Numbered from the stretch's first letter, positions 1 through 27,620 are shown. The stretch is 64,000 nucleotides of DNA from Harriotta raleighana (GCA_050575255.1 JBNZDD010013726.1:2363763-2427762), one strand, 5' to 3'. Notes: generated from the letters alone by a model not told the origin. Translations and numbers: made by a program.

Positions 1-116
1 TATGTACGTGAAAAGTGAATGTAGTGACTGTATTTTGTAGGCATTTGTGGATTCCTCTAGCTCCTGGGTTAGAACACACGCNTGTGAAATGTAGTGACTG
101 TATTTTGTAGGCATTT

Positions 117-419
117 GTGGATTCCTCTAGCTCCTGGGTTAGAACACACGCCTTGCAAGTGAAAGACCTGGGTTTGATTCCCGGCAGGTCAGAGCAAAAG
201 CTTGGGCAAGTTTCCTTGTTTCACAAGCCTGATAATAATCCCGCCAAAAAAAATGGGGTCATTTCAATCCACGATTGTTTGTGGGACACTGCTGTGCGCT
301 ATTGGCTGCTGAGTTTTGTCCACAAATATATAAAGTCACAGTATATTCTGTGAAGCACTTTGAGACGTCTAGAAACGGTGAAAAGCGTTATATCAAATAC
401 AAGGATTATTATTATTATA
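117..419 (+). mobile_element. tRNA-derived Deu-domain SINE, young family
   Basis: tRNA-like head, core gtttgtgggacactgctgtgcgc.attggctgc, stem-loop tail and (ATT)n end; many similar copies in the window. Confidence 0.85.
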
Positions 420-531
420 TTGCAAGAATCAAAAATCCGGACACAGACTTTAATTTTTAAAATGCTTACTCTTGGCCATGTTTTACGTTATTTTCTAAAC
501 CAACTACTTCACTAATTGTGTTCCTCCTTAG

Positions 532-1043
532 GATTGGAATACTTTGACCTTGAAGGTATTGTGTGTTTGTATGGATTTATAAGCATGACATTTGAGAGCA
601 TATACCTCACTTTGATTCAGAAGATTGGTGAAGATCGTGAGAAATCAGCTATGGACATTTACTACATCTGTACCATCAACAGCTGTCCAATGCTCTTTCT
701 GTACTGTGTTCTCCATCCAGATTCATCACAAATCTTCCTGTCAGGCAGCTGGAACAGTTTAATCTTTCTGGGATATTTCGCCTTGGTTTTAGTGTTGGGA
801 TGTTTATTGAATTTCCTCATTTATCTGTGTGCCTTTCTCAACTCAGCGTTGATGGCAAACATCATGGAGGTTACAAAGATAAATGTAATGACTCTGAAAA
901 CCATAGCAACGAATCAAATAGTGACTTCATCAGTGCCAGTTCTCATCAGCGTTCTCATCAGTGCTGGTGGACTAGGCACCTATATGTACCGGGACTCTGG
1001 AGACAGACCATTGAGAAAGGAAACAAAAGGAATCCTCATCTGA
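532..1043 (+). CDS. Terminal coding exon of an SLC35D3-like nucleotide-sugar transporter (upstream exons lie outside the window)
   Basis: Acceptor ttcctccttag at 521-531, then an open frame to TGA at 1043. The hydrophobic multi-TM peptide (YLTLIQK, GCLLNF, C..LNSAL...K) parallels SLC35D3 YLVLIQK, GCAMNF and CTYINSAV. Orthology is uncertain. Confidence 0.8.
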
Positions 1044-1575
1044 AAATTGTGCCTCCCAAGCTTTGGAATGTAATGCAAGTGTTCAGCAAGGGCTCTTAGT
1101 ACCTCAGCTCTACAAAGGTCAACACCCTTCTTCTTTGGACGCAATTATTGTCTTTTTAGTTTTTGCAACTGAACAAAGATTTTGCCTCTGTGGTTAATTT
1201 AGCACTGGTGGGTTAACATTGCACGGAGCTGTTGGCAGAATTGTTCTTCTTTACATGCCATTTATGACCTTGCTCACTCCCGAACGTGTTCGACTCCTCG
1301 GTCTACTTTAACTGCATGCGTCATTCCATAGACACAGGATTTCAGTATCCTCCAATATTTTGCCCAAGTGGCTCGGTCTAGACTGACACTCCAAACCAAT
1401 GTTGAGGAGGTGCTGTCCTTCAGTTGAGACATTAAACTGAGATTCCATATGCCTGCCATGCCTACACGTGCACACTTTCCAGCAGGAATCTCTAGTGGAA
1501 GCCCTTGCTGATTTCTCCACCTGACAGTCATGAGACCAATTTTACCAACTCAAATTGCTGCCCTTGCTAGGATAA

Positions 1576-1690
1576 TAAATTTAATGGTAAATGGACTACT
1601 GTATTTGATTGGGAATGGACTAAATTTAATGGGANATGGACTACTGTATTTGACTGGGAATGGACTAAATTTAATGGGAAATGGACTACT
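1576..1690. repeat. 45-bp tandem repeat, about 2.5 units, containing an N
   Basis: Unit taaatttaatgg.aaatggactactgtatttga.tgggaatggac starting at 1576, 1621 and 1666. It may be partly an assembly artefact. Confidence 0.7.
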
Positions 1691-2695
1691 GGACTACTCT
1701 CAGCACTTTGGGACGTCCTCCCGACGTGAAAGGCGCTATACAAGTGTAATTTGTTGCTGTTGTTGTATTACTGTTGTGACATTACACATATTAAGTTATT
1801 TAAGGACAACTTTAATTGGAAACGTCAGTGGAAATAAAAGCTGGTTTTCTAGTGATACAGTGTCCTCATGATTCAATTAACAGACACTATAAACCTCACC
1901 AATCAATCAGTTTGAATACAATTGGGATCAATTTATTTATTTCATTGATGTGTAGCTTGTGGATGTTGACAAATCTATGCATGATTTGCTAAATGGCTAG
2001 TGCATATGCCAAGACCAGGTGTGAAATATGATAAACATTTCCAGTTGTGGAGCAAGCATTAACCCACTTGTGAATTGCTCAGGATGACTCACTTCCTTTG
2101 GGAAACACTGTAGCTTCCGCTTTTACATCATACAACAGCAAAATCAAATTCACCAGGAGCAGAAATGCAGCACTAAAACCTGCATCTTCTCACCATTATA
2201 CATCACTCGGGGGTTACAATGTTTGGAGCCACCATACCCTCAATTATTTTGCCCAAATTAATGAATACTAAAGACATTTTATAACAAGTTATCAGGGATG
2301 ATATTGTGAAATGATGTAGATCAAATTATGGAATGCATGATCATTTTCACTATCAATGTGAATAAAAAGCATACAACAAACAACAAAATTACATTTGTAG
2401 AGTGCCTTTCACGTCGAAGGACGTCCCAAGGCGCTGAACAGTCAGGGGTCGGGACCCGGGCATTCCTCCGGTGGTCTTGCTAATCCACTTCATTCTGTAC
2501 TCCTCTAAGTCTACCATCGACTCCCAATACTGTATTTCTTATCTGTTCAAACACTTGACTGTTCAGAGCCTTGAGATTTCCTCCCGCTGAGTAAGGAGCT
2601 ATATAAATGGAATTTATTGTTGTTATTCATTTGTCAGTTTGAATATCCACAGACCTTACAGTCCATAATTTGAATGTTTTTCTCAAAAACTTGTT

Positions 2696-2701
2696 TTTAT
2701 T
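2696..2701 (-). terminator. Candidate ECD polyadenylation signal AATAAA
   Basis: AATAAA on the minus strand about 225 nt after the stop codon. Confidence 0.5.
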
Positions 2702-2926
2702 ATATACAGAGTATTAGATCGTACATTTCCACATGAATTAAACCGGTTCATGTCCACTCTAGTCCATGATAAATTTCACTCTTTTGTTCTTCATAAACAT
2801 CCTTCGAGACTTCACTAACGTGTTAGAATGACACTGCACATTTTGAAGTCAGTGATAACAATTGAGACACTGGTGTTAAAAGTGTTCACCGTAGAGATTC
2901 AACAATAACAGTTTCTAGTCCAAACT

Positions 2927-17011
<14,085 letters not shown>

Positions 17012-17323
17012 CAGACAACACGGGGGGTGGGGGGGCGGCCCGTCACTCCAGTCCTCCCCCAACCTCCCATCACTTCATTCCTTCCCCAGTGCTGTGTTGG
17101 TGCCCGAACAAAGGTTCCGGGTGGGAGTGAGGTTGAGGTGAGTGACAGACAGACAGACAGACAGACACACACTCTCTCTCCCTCTCTCTCTGCAGGACCA
17201 TCATCAGATCCTTCTGATGGTTTCCTCTGGTCAGCAGCCAGGTGTTCCCCCCCCCCCCACCCTCCCCGACAAACTGGATTTATAGAGTCTTAAAAGCACC
17301 AAGCTCAAGAGGAGGCCATTCTT

Positions 17324-17661
17324 ATAATAATATATAATAATAATCCTTGCATTTGATATCGCGCTTTTCACACCTTATCGACGTCCCAAAGCGCTTCACA
17401 GAATATACTGTAAAGTGAATTGACTGTATATTTGTGGGCGGAACGCGGCAGCCAATCGCTCACCAGCAGCGTCCCCCACAAACAGTCATGGATTGAAATG
17501 ACCAATTTTTTTTTTTTGGGTGTTTTTTTTTTGGAGGGATTATTATTAGGCATGTGGAGTAAGGAAACTTGCCCAAGGTTTCGCCCTGATCTGCCTGGAT
17601 TTGAACACAGGTCTCATGCTTGTAAGGCGAGTGCTCTCTAACCACTAAGCCACAGGAGCTC
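17324..17661 (-). mobile_element. Deu-SINE, full length
   Basis: A-box TGGCTTAGTGG, B-box GTTCAAATCC, core and tail; highly similar to 18528-18872. Confidence 0.92.
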
Positions 17662-18527
17662 TCTCGTGTCTGCAGTTATCATCCTTTATCATTAACAACA
17701 ACAACAACAACAAAATTACATTTATAGAGCGCGTTTCATGTCAGGAGGACGTCCCAAGGCGCTGGACAGATGATTAATCCACCTTTCTGGCTCTTTACCC
17801 CCGACCGCCAACAAAATTTGTGCCTGATTTGCTCGGTCAATGCTAAGAGTGAATGATGATCCAGGCTGTAACACATTATAACCACTAGATGGGCTCAGAA
17901 GACTGACTTCACCTTGATTTTTGGAACATACACGAATGCATTATAAAGCAGTTTCTCTATAAACCAAAGAAGGCGTCTTAATTGTATCCAGTCTCATTAT
18001 TCGGATACACCTAAAAATGACCTCTTTCGTAAATTTAAAGCAGGTTTTACGTATTGCGTTTGTCACTTGTGGTGATTGAACACGCAATGAGAGGCGACCA
18101 GACTCTTAATTCTCTTCCATTATGAAAACGCAGCATTATTCGCTCCTGATGCTGTGTCATGTAGTTGTTATGACATCGCTCCACAATCTGTATTGTTTTT
18201 TCCACATCACTATGTGAAATACATTTCAGTTATCTAATATTCTGTCATTTGCAAAATGTTATTCTGGCAGGTGGAACGGGAGTGACCTTTGTATTCAACT
18301 CAGTCCTGGATACAACCTAATTTATATATTTAATAATTCATCACAGGGCTTAGTCTGACCTCTTAGCATTATTCAATTTTACTGTAAATATGAATATTAA
18401 AGGTAATCAGTCAGAAAATAAACAAAATGTCTCCCTGTTTTTCATTAAAACCACATGCAGCGATATTGATAACTTTACGTATATTCTTGGAATATGTACA
18501 CATGCTGCAAAACCATGAGTCAATAAA

Positions 18528-18872
18528 TGTAATAATAATAATAATAATAATCCTTGCATTTGATATAGCGCTTTTCACATCTTATCAACGTCCCAAAGCG
18601 CTTCACAGAATATACTGTAAAGTGAATTGACTGTATATTTGTGGGCGGAACACGGCAGCCAATTGCGCACAGCAGTGTCCCACAAACAGTCATAGATTGA
18701 AATGACCAATTTTATTATTGTAGTTTTTTTTTTGGAGGGATTATTATTAGGCATGTGGAGTAAGGAAATTTGCCCAAGGTTTCGCCCTGATCTGCCTGGA
18801 TTCGAACACAGGTCTCATGCTTGTAAGGCATGTAAGGCGAGTGCTCTAACCACTGAGCCACAGGAGCTCCAC
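18528..18872 (-). mobile_element. Deu-SINE, full length, intact Pol III boxes
   Basis: A-box TGGCTCAGTGG, B-box GTTCGAATCC, core, (ATT)n tail; small internal duplication of tgtaaggc. Confidence 0.92.
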
Positions 18873-19583
18873 GTACATTATTGGTGACACATAATTAGAA
18901 TTTCTAATAATACGATTTTCAAGTTTGCAGATAAAATCAGGTCATGAAAGGAACTTCAAGGAGAGACATAACATCCTGGAGGTGGATCAGTTGGTTGAGC
19001 TGCAGGCTTGCAATTGGATGTTTCTGGCTTGGAATCTTGATGGGTTAAGTGGTAGTTTTCAGTTTGATATAATATCATATCTTAAAATATTCCTCTTGAG
19101 AGATGTAAGCAAACTCTTTCTGGAGCTGAACTGGCTCCAATGAGACACCCCAACTATGTGTACAGTAATTCAAAGCAGACTTGGAGGCATAGTTATGTCC
19201 TGAACCCTCCAAACAAAAGCCCTAATGGATGATTTATCATAGCCCAGACTTAAACAAAATTAATACTGTAGTAAGATTAAGTTTTATTATGAATTCCTGA
19301 TGTAGGCCCGTATGTTTGGTACAGACAGTACATTCACTGGCAACCACTGAGTACAGAATTTATCTAGCTTCTGAATATGAACCTCATAACTTGTGCAGCA
19401 GATAATTACTACTAACAAAAAACCACATAATCAATTCTACTTTCGACATCCTTTCATTAAGTGTACCCTCTTGTTATACAGTGTCTTACTTCGTACTGTG
19501 CTTGTACACTTTACTTAATATTTTCAAGGTGATGATAAAAATGCGCTTGAATTAATGTTGATGAACTCATCCTCCTCAGTTGT

Positions 19584-19830
19584 CAAAAACAGAAGTTGCT
19601 GGGGAATCTCAGCAGATCAGGCAGCATCCATGGAGAAAAGGAAAGGGTCGTGGACCCGAAACGTTGACTCACTTTCCTTTCTCCATGGAGACACTGTCCA
19701 GCGTGGAGGAACGCTAGATAAATAAAAGTTGTTATTGTTGTTGTTGGATGCTGCCTGATGTGCTGAGTTTCCCCAGCAACTTCTGTTTTTGTTTCAGATT
19801 TCCCAGCATCTGTAGTATTTTGTGTTTTGT
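19584..19830. mobile_element. Foldback element (Penelope-derived-like) interrupted by a short LINE-tail insertion
   Basis: 47-bp inverted arms at 19584-19630 and 19745-19791 with 2 mismatches; inner arms; insert at about 19690-19744 flanked by tgga. Confidence 0.75.
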
Positions 19831-19838
19831 TCTTCTCA

Positions 19839-20070
19839 GTTGTCAGCCTGGCTCAGTTTGGAGCATTCTCACCTCCGAGTTAGAAGGTAGATTCAAGCAC
19901 TATATCGGAACTTTGAACTCACAATCACAGTGTTGGGGATGTGCTGGACTGTCGGTGGTGCTTTTCTTTAAAGGAAATGTTAAAACTGTAGACTGTCTGC
20001 CTTTCAGATAATTGTTAAAGATCCAATTTGAAAAGAGAAGGACATTTCTCCCAGCGGTCTGGCCAACCTC
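19839..20070 (+). mobile_element. Older Deu-SINE 5' part
   Basis: gtcagcctggctcagttt head identical in form to 3168; ctgtcggtggtgc...gactgtctgcc...gtctggccaac. Confidence 0.75.
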
Positions 20071-21419
20071 AACCTCCCTGGGTCAGCCCTGACCTCTCCC
20101 CGCAACCCGCCCTGCACACAGTACTGTAATACAAGTGCTGTTCCTTTTGAGCTTGCTGTTTGTGAATGACAAAAAGTTCTCCGTGTCTGTGGATTAAGTC
20201 TTATGAAATTGTATTGTTGATGAGATCTGAATCTCAATCGTGCCAACTTTACTAAATCACAACCAGGAGTATGGAGCAATAAAACTGATAGTTGGACAGG
20301 GAAGTGTTATAAGTATATTATCTATATAAGTATTTATATACTCCTTATACGTACTACAATAATAGTGAGTTATTATTGGCAGCACTTGCCAATAATCCTT
20401 CTTCAGTGAAATGTGCTAAATTCCCATAGAAATGGTTGTACAGCTGGTGTCCTGTATCACTGTGTACAGGGTCATTTTGTTACAGAGAGCTGAACATCAT
20501 ATGATACAATCGGGCCTCTAAACCAAGAGCAGGGCAATTAACAGAACATTAGCACTGACCTGTCAGATAATCCCCTTAACTCTCCATTGCCACCTATTTC
20601 CTTTTTCCGTTAGCATCTCCTCTATCACATGGCTGTTTACATCTGGTAAAGACATTTACTTTGACCTTTAAATAATCCCTTTGATCCAAATGGTCACCTT
20701 CCGGTAAAGTAAACACGGGCCAAAACCTCATGAAACTCAGCTATTGAAATCCCTACAGATAATGTTTTATAAAACAGGAGATTTCGGAATCCCTTCTGGA
20801 GATCATGTGGCAAATGCATGAGTTAGGAAGGGATATACTTTGCTGAATTCCAAGAGTGAGTGGGTAGTTCTATGGTTAGGAAACTTAAAAGCACACAATG
20901 TTTAACAAAAACAAAGGTCAGACATTTGTTTAACCAAAAACCACAACTCTTGCATTATTCAATAAGAATTTATGCCCTAGGCAACGGCTCATGCAGTATT
21001 CTTTACATTGTGCAGGCTCTGCCCACTCACACTCATCTATCCTCTGTTTGCCCTTGTATTTAACCTTATCGGCGAGATGAAAGGAATGGAAAAGAATTAG
21101 CTATCAGTGAAATTGTGTTACACAGAGGGAGTTGGACATTTGATCAATAAGCTTGATGAAGGAAGTTTGGACTATTTGGCTAACAGAAGTCCTTGTAGTC
21201 TATATAGTTGACTCCTCTCTGCTAATACTGAATTCCCAGTGCAAGCTGTGTCATGAGATTGCTTGGACAGTGAGTGAAAGGTTCAATTTTTTCATCATCT
21301 GGGTTGATTTACTACATAGCTTTCATGGAACAAATCGAACTGGATTGTAAATCACTACATGCCTAATATTGCACTATTTCACTAAATTGTATGTTAATGA
21401 GAGATATTGTACTTCTTAA

Positions 21420-21890
21420 GCCACCGCCTCTCCTCCTACCTTAACTTTCAAGGTTCTGTCCCTGATTGGTTCAGGTCTTATCTTTTACACTGTCTCCAAT
21501 TTGTGTCTGCTAACTCCCTCCTCGTCTTTGCTTCAAAAACTGCAGATCATCCAGAACTCTGCAGCTCGTGTCTTCTCCCACACTAAGCTCCATCAACACA
21601 TCACCCCCACCTTCTCCCGGCTCCATTGGCTCCCCATCCCTAGAGGATGGAATTCAAGATCGTCTTCCTCACTTTCAAGGCCCTTCATGGCCTTGCCCTT
21701 ACTATCTCTCCGATCTGCTAACTCCCTATCAACCTGCACCCTCCCTCCGTTCAGCGGGCTCCTGTCTGCTCCATGTCCCCGGTCTGACCTGCCCTAGCAT
21801 CGGTGGCTGGGCTTTCAGCCTCTCTGCCCCCACTCTCTGGACCTGAAAGATGCTCTGTAAATGTAATTTTGTAGTTGTCATTGTTGTTAA
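21420..21890 (+). mobile_element. 5'-truncated L2-clade LINE
   Basis: LQIIQNSAARVFSHTKLHQHITPTFSRLHWLPI; same family as 15791-16338. Confidence 0.9.
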
Positions 21891-24169
21891 ATGATAAGCC
21901 AAGTTATGATGAATCCAAGTTATTTCAAAAAAATACTATTTACACAAGGCCTTGATTTTGAGATAATTTAAAAATACCTGTATTTGATGTAGCATCTTTA
22001 TTAGAAGCACAGCATTTATTATGTAGGCAAACATGATAGCTAATATAAACGAATACATTAACATCCCTGGGGTAACATTTCAACTGTGTCTAGATTTAAT
22101 CTATTTAAGTAGCATTCTAGATTGTAAAGAATATGGCAAATTATTGAATTGAGTTTAAACTTTAAAGCCAGTTTTCTTTAGTTCTGTAAATTATCTTACA
22201 GTACTGACTCAACCTTGATTTTGTAATTCACCTTTCTTGATTGATTATTGTAAAAAAAAAGCAATTCAGTGTGAAATCAACATCAGACATAAATACATTA
22301 TAAAAACTTGCTTCAACTATGAAATTATTTGTAATTTATTTTGTGTTCGTTGTTGAACCCTTGAGTCATCAGAAACTGCTTTCCATGTCTTTGGAAGATA
22401 ATGAATGAAAGCGATCGTACACATTTCTCACCTTTAAATTACAGAGTCACTGTACAGTGATTCCTGTGAAGTGCTTTGAGATGCCTCGATAATATGTTAA
22501 GGTGCTATATCAAATCCAAGGATTATTAATATTGCCCTGTTCTTATAATTCAATGATCCGTTGTACTCAGTACTTTAGAATGGAGTGGCAAATTGCCAAA
22601 AGAACTGAGTGTGACTTGACAGAATGGGGTTGTTTAGACAAGAGATAAAAGGCATCTGCAATGGTTAGACGGCAATCAGATTTGTCATTTGAATGTTTTT
22701 CAGGTACAACAGGTAAAGATGAGTAAGCTACTCAAATACCAGTAACTGAATTTTCTTCTGTCAATGTATTCACCATTACATTGATAGATGTACTGTGGAG
22801 TTCTTCCATCTGATAATTTGTACTGTTTTTGATATCCTTGAAAATTTATTTAACTTGCTTGAATGTTACAAAAAATTGCCTTGTAAATTAATGAATTGAA
22901 CAAACTAATAAATGATTGTGTCACATTAATTATGCAAATTCTCATCAAAGATATATATGATCGTTCTATTTCTGCTGACAACCTCTGGTCCGATTACTAT
23001 TCGAGACTGCAAACTTTAAAGATGGGTCTTTTTACAAATTAATATCGCCCATTATCTTACAAAGTGTCAACTGTGGAAGATTAAGTTAGGCAACAGAGTA
23101 GCAAATTTTTCTAATGGTTTAAAGGCTTCATCAAGCATAAAAAACTAATTGTATTCAGCAGCCTAGGGAAGACAGAGTGTGTACTATAAATACAGATCTA
23201 CGTGTCTGTATTTTGTCAGTCTGCCATGAAGCATACAGCGGTAATTCTGATGAATGTATTTAAATTAATACAAAATATAAAGCCATGTTTTTAGTTCTTG
23301 ATTCTTCTTCTTCTTTAGTACATCCTGGATATCATGATTCTATTGGAATTAACGGACTTCTGGTATCTTGACTAAACAACAATTATTTACATGAGAACCT
23401 AAAAAGTGAAGTTATATTTATAGTTAAAGAAAAGTTGTTTTTCTATATTTTCATAATGTCATTTTCCCATTATAAAGACTTGTTGTTACTTTCTGCTGAA
23501 CCCTTGGCTGTCAGAACTGAGAATTTTATTCCATCAGTCTGGTTTGGATTTGAATCCTGGCCCCACAGTCGAAATGTTAAACTTACTGACTGCTGTATTA
23601 TGTATGTTGGAGTGCTGTATCGTGATTCCTTGAAGATATAATGCAATTATTAGCCTTCAGTCTCATTATAATTATTATAAATAAATAATTCTTTATTCGG
23701 CTTCATTGTACATCAATGAAACTCCCTGGTCACAGATGCTTTTGTGAAATTGATAATGAGTATCATTAAATCCACATCCTGAGTTTCACTCTGAATTAGA
23801 AAGGAAAATGGTTTCTTTGTCTTGTTGAAAATAAATGAACTGACTCGGCTACATGTAATTTCAGACATCCAAATTTAGTTTTGCCCAACACAAACAGTCC
23901 ATGACTTTAATATTTCCAAACACTAACATTTTAGATGACTTTACTATTATGCACATAAGTGTTTGGCTACAGTTATGAATGTGCCCACATCATGTTTCTC
24001 TTGGGAACTGGCCACACTGGTTTCGTCTGTGGGTTTCTGCACACATAACTATCTTAACTGCCCACAAGGAGATCTATCTGAGTGGTTCTTAACCACCTCA
24101 AATTATTATTGTAAAGTCTTCTCCACCTGATCTATATAAAGCAATTAAGACTCAAATCAGTTTAATTCT

Positions 24170-24785
24170 CACTGAGAGAATCTTGTCAAACCAACGTGAG
24201 GTAGCAATAAACAAGGCAAACAGGGCTGTATTGCCAGATCATGTGAGTTTTAAAAGAAATTCTCAAGATGTACAGTATGATAGTCTTGGATATATAAACA
24301 CGCGTTATGGTTGTTGTTAGCGAGTAAAGTTCTGGTTATAAAGAGGATGTCTGACCCTAGACACAGTGTAGATGAAAAAAACAAAAGCGATCCCCAGTGT
24401 TAGGGAAATGAGCTATGAACAAGGATTAGATAAACAAGGGCCTTTAACTTTGAAAAGAGCCATTTCACCAGCGTGCTTTATAGAAGTAAGTGAGATTTCA
24501 AATGAGATTGTGAAAATAAACTCGGAAGAATACTCTCAGATAAGATCAGGCAGCAGAACAATAGATTCATATGCAATTTTATAAGACACCAAAAAGTATT
24601 TATTTACCCAGAGGGTAATTAACAATCAGAACAGGTTAATAGGAAGGTTACTAGGATGTTGGATGTATTTAAGAAAAAGCCTGACGTTGTATTGGATGAA
24701 TGTTATGGTTGTTATGGTGGATATTTTGGAATAATGTAATCAAATGTGCTGAAGGGCCTTCTTCATCCAAACCAATCTTGTGCTC
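24170..24785 (+). mobile_element. Degenerate CR1-clade LINE 3' part
   Basis: KAIPSVREMSYEQGL..GPLTLKR resembles CR1 ORF2 (IPGL..LSYEERL..LGL.SLE.R); tttacccagagggt; CR1-like end. Confidence 0.75.
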
Positions 24786-27431
24786 TTTTGTGGAGGCACA
24801 CTCAGGTCTGCTGTGAGGAAACTGAAATATTGCATTGTGAAGCAGAGAATCATATTCTGAGACTGGTGTTCGGTCTTGTGTTTGGAAAAGAGTACATTTG
24901 TCTTAAACACTCTGGGAAAAGATACATTTCCTGGTGTCTGTCCTCAAATCGTGCTTTGCAATCTGCACCACACCTGATCTGGAAACCCTCATAAGGTGGA
25001 AAAAAAAGTAGAAAATGTATTTTTGTACAAACACTGGTGGCCTTTACTTCACCTGATGACTGAAAGCCTCTCCTCTACCACCATAAAATTGCTTTCTTCG
25101 TCTGTTCATAGAATGTGGAATGTGGCTGTTGATTTCCAAATGTCAGATACTGGGAATAGTTGAAGTGAAAGCTCTTAGAACTACTAATGATGTTTAACGG
25201 GAAATTCCTGGATTAATGATTGCAGTGAACTGAGAACAAAGCTGCCTGATGGTTTCCTAGTAATTTACCAGGTTAGAGTCATCGTTAAACAGTCTCTTGT
25301 TAGTAAATGATAGTTTATAATCTATTATTAATCATCTTAAATAATAAAAAAAAAACTTTTTAGTTGCCTTGTGATGGAGAGGGAGCAGCAATGTTTGTTT
25401 TCAGCATTAACCTGTACTTGTTGTATTTCCAAGGGATTAAAAATTTTTGACCCTGCCCCATATAATTTAATCCATTAATGGGTGCCATTGTGAATGAATT
25501 TGTGTGTTGTTTGTGATAGACTTGTGTCATTGTGATTCTCTTGCCTTTCTATTCATTAAACATATCTAGAATTTAACAACAATCAGATGTATCACCATTC
25601 ACAACAACATGCCTTTTTAAAAGAAAAATGACCCAGCACTGACGTCCTCACTGCCTATACTGATAAGTAAGTGATTCAGTGGTGAAATTGACTGTTTAAT
25701 CCAGGGTTTTGTTGTAGATACAATATTTCAAATCCCTTTTGGACAAAGTGCCATCACCATTAGAAAATGATCCTAACAATTGGCATATTGATGTCTCTGA
25801 GTTAATAAAAACTGATGTTTGAAAATACAAAAACACTCTGGCTTAAAGACTTTTACAAGATCTTATTAAAAATTTAGAACATGGAGAGGCAAACAAATCC
25901 TCAATGGTTGCTCTTTACGAGACTATTTTTCCAGCTGTATTTATAAACAATCTGAGTGTAGAAGACATTCTGATTGAAAAATCGCATTTAAGGTCAGCTT
26001 TCACTGAACTCTGAAAGCATTAGATTTCGCTCAGTCTGGGATTGGTCCCAACGTATCATCTTTAAATCAATGGGTAGGTCCCTCTCTGCTACTCTTCTAG
26101 CTCGAACATCGATCGAATGGCACAAACAAAACCTCAGACTCTCCTGATCACATTATATATCTGCTAGGAAATCAATACGTAAATTTTAAAATGAAAGGAA
26201 AGTACGCCTCACAGCTGAATGAAATCCTATCTGAACTGGAATGAGATGCTTACAAAGACAGGGGGTAAAGAGCCCTGAAAGTAACGCAATTCGATGAGCA
26301 ATGTCCAACCCTACTGTACTAAAATCTGGGCAGCTGCATGGAAGAGTTGGAAAGTTGGACATGTTTCAGAAAGCATTAACTAAATTGATACAAACAAAAT
26401 CAACAACAAAATTACACTTGTATAGCGCCTTTCACGTTGGGAGGACGTCCCAAAGTACTGAAGACGGACCAGAGCTTTGCATTGTTTTTTGCAGCACAGC
26501 CCCCACCACCACCGACTGTTTATACCTGGTTGAGCATTTCAATGAAACCATTTTCAGTTTCAGTTTGGTCCATAGACTAAACAGTAAACGTTTGGAGTAA
26601 TTTTGATCTAATGCAATGCAAATGCAATGATTACTTAAGATGGCTAAGGTTTTTACACTGTCCAAAAATATGTAGGTCTATGTGTAATCAAATAGATGAA
26701 TTGTGCAGTACAAATAGTTTTCTTTTCAAATTAAATTTTAGTTTTTTTTAATCAGAGGCATGAAGTGATTGTGTGGCCACAGAAATACACAGTCACTACA
26801 CATCATAACATTTTGTGAAACAATTTGTGATGTTGTCCTGATGTGAAATGTGCTATATCAAATATAATGATTAATAATCACAAGAGGTTTGTATTAAAAT
26901 CAGGTGAGGAAATGATGGAACCACTATCATATTTTTACAGGTGTTTCCTTTATGGGGTAGATATGAGGATTTTTTTTAACAAAAAGTGGATTTACAGTTA
27001 GTTAATGGCTCTCTTTCTCCTCTATCATGGTTCACGCTGCCCCTTTTCAAACTCATTCAATCTGCTTAGTGTTCTCTCTCAGGAAATCATGTCTGACCAG
27101 CGATAAAACCAACTACACTTTTGATTGTAATATCACCAGATTTTCAAAGCAATGCTAAGATCTCTTGCATGGGCATGAACATCCTGCAATAATTCAGACT
27201 TCTCATCCGAGGTATGAATTTTCATGACCTTTCTGCAACGTGTTTGTGTCCTTACCCTTTCTCATACTGTATTAAAACGGTTTTTCTCTTTGGCTTGATC
27301 TACTATGGCTTTTAATGTAGCAGTGTAATAAAACACATCCTAGAATTTACATAAACTCACCAGGAAAACACTGATGTCAAATAATTTTCAATGCAACAAT
27401 CTGCTCGGACTCCATCCATCCCAATAATATT

Positions 27432-27620
27432 ATCATAATAATCCTTGCATTTGAGGTAGTGTTTCTCCAATCAATTTGCAACCAGAATTCCTCTTAATTC
27501 TAAGCAAACAGAGGTGTGTGGAGTAAGGAAACTTCCTTAAGGTTTTGGCCCACCCAGGAATCAAACCTGGGTGCTCTCGTTGGTGAGACGAGCCAGCTAA
27601 CCGCTAAACTGTGGGACTTC
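27432..27620 (-). mobile_element. Internally deleted Deu-SINE
   Basis: ataataatccttgcatttg tail joined to tgtggagtaaggaaactt and a tRNA-like head. Confidence 0.7.

Noticed and set aside
117-460. Recurring peptide HDCLWDTAV in many ORFs
   Set aside because: It is the translation of the non-coding SINE core, not a protein family.
18790-18872. tRNA gene
   Set aside because: The A and B boxes belong to a SINE head that continues into the SINE body; there is no complete cloverleaf.
18925-19143. Possible exon IKSGHERNFKERHNILEVDQLVELQACNWMF
   Set aside because: No host protein recognised. It loosely resembles a LINE ORF2 C-terminal segment, too weakly to call either way.
27083-27210. Exon-like segment with a good acceptor and donor on the plus strand
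   Set aside because: Stops occur in all three frames; there is no support beyond splice-like motifs, though a non-coding exon cannot be excluded.
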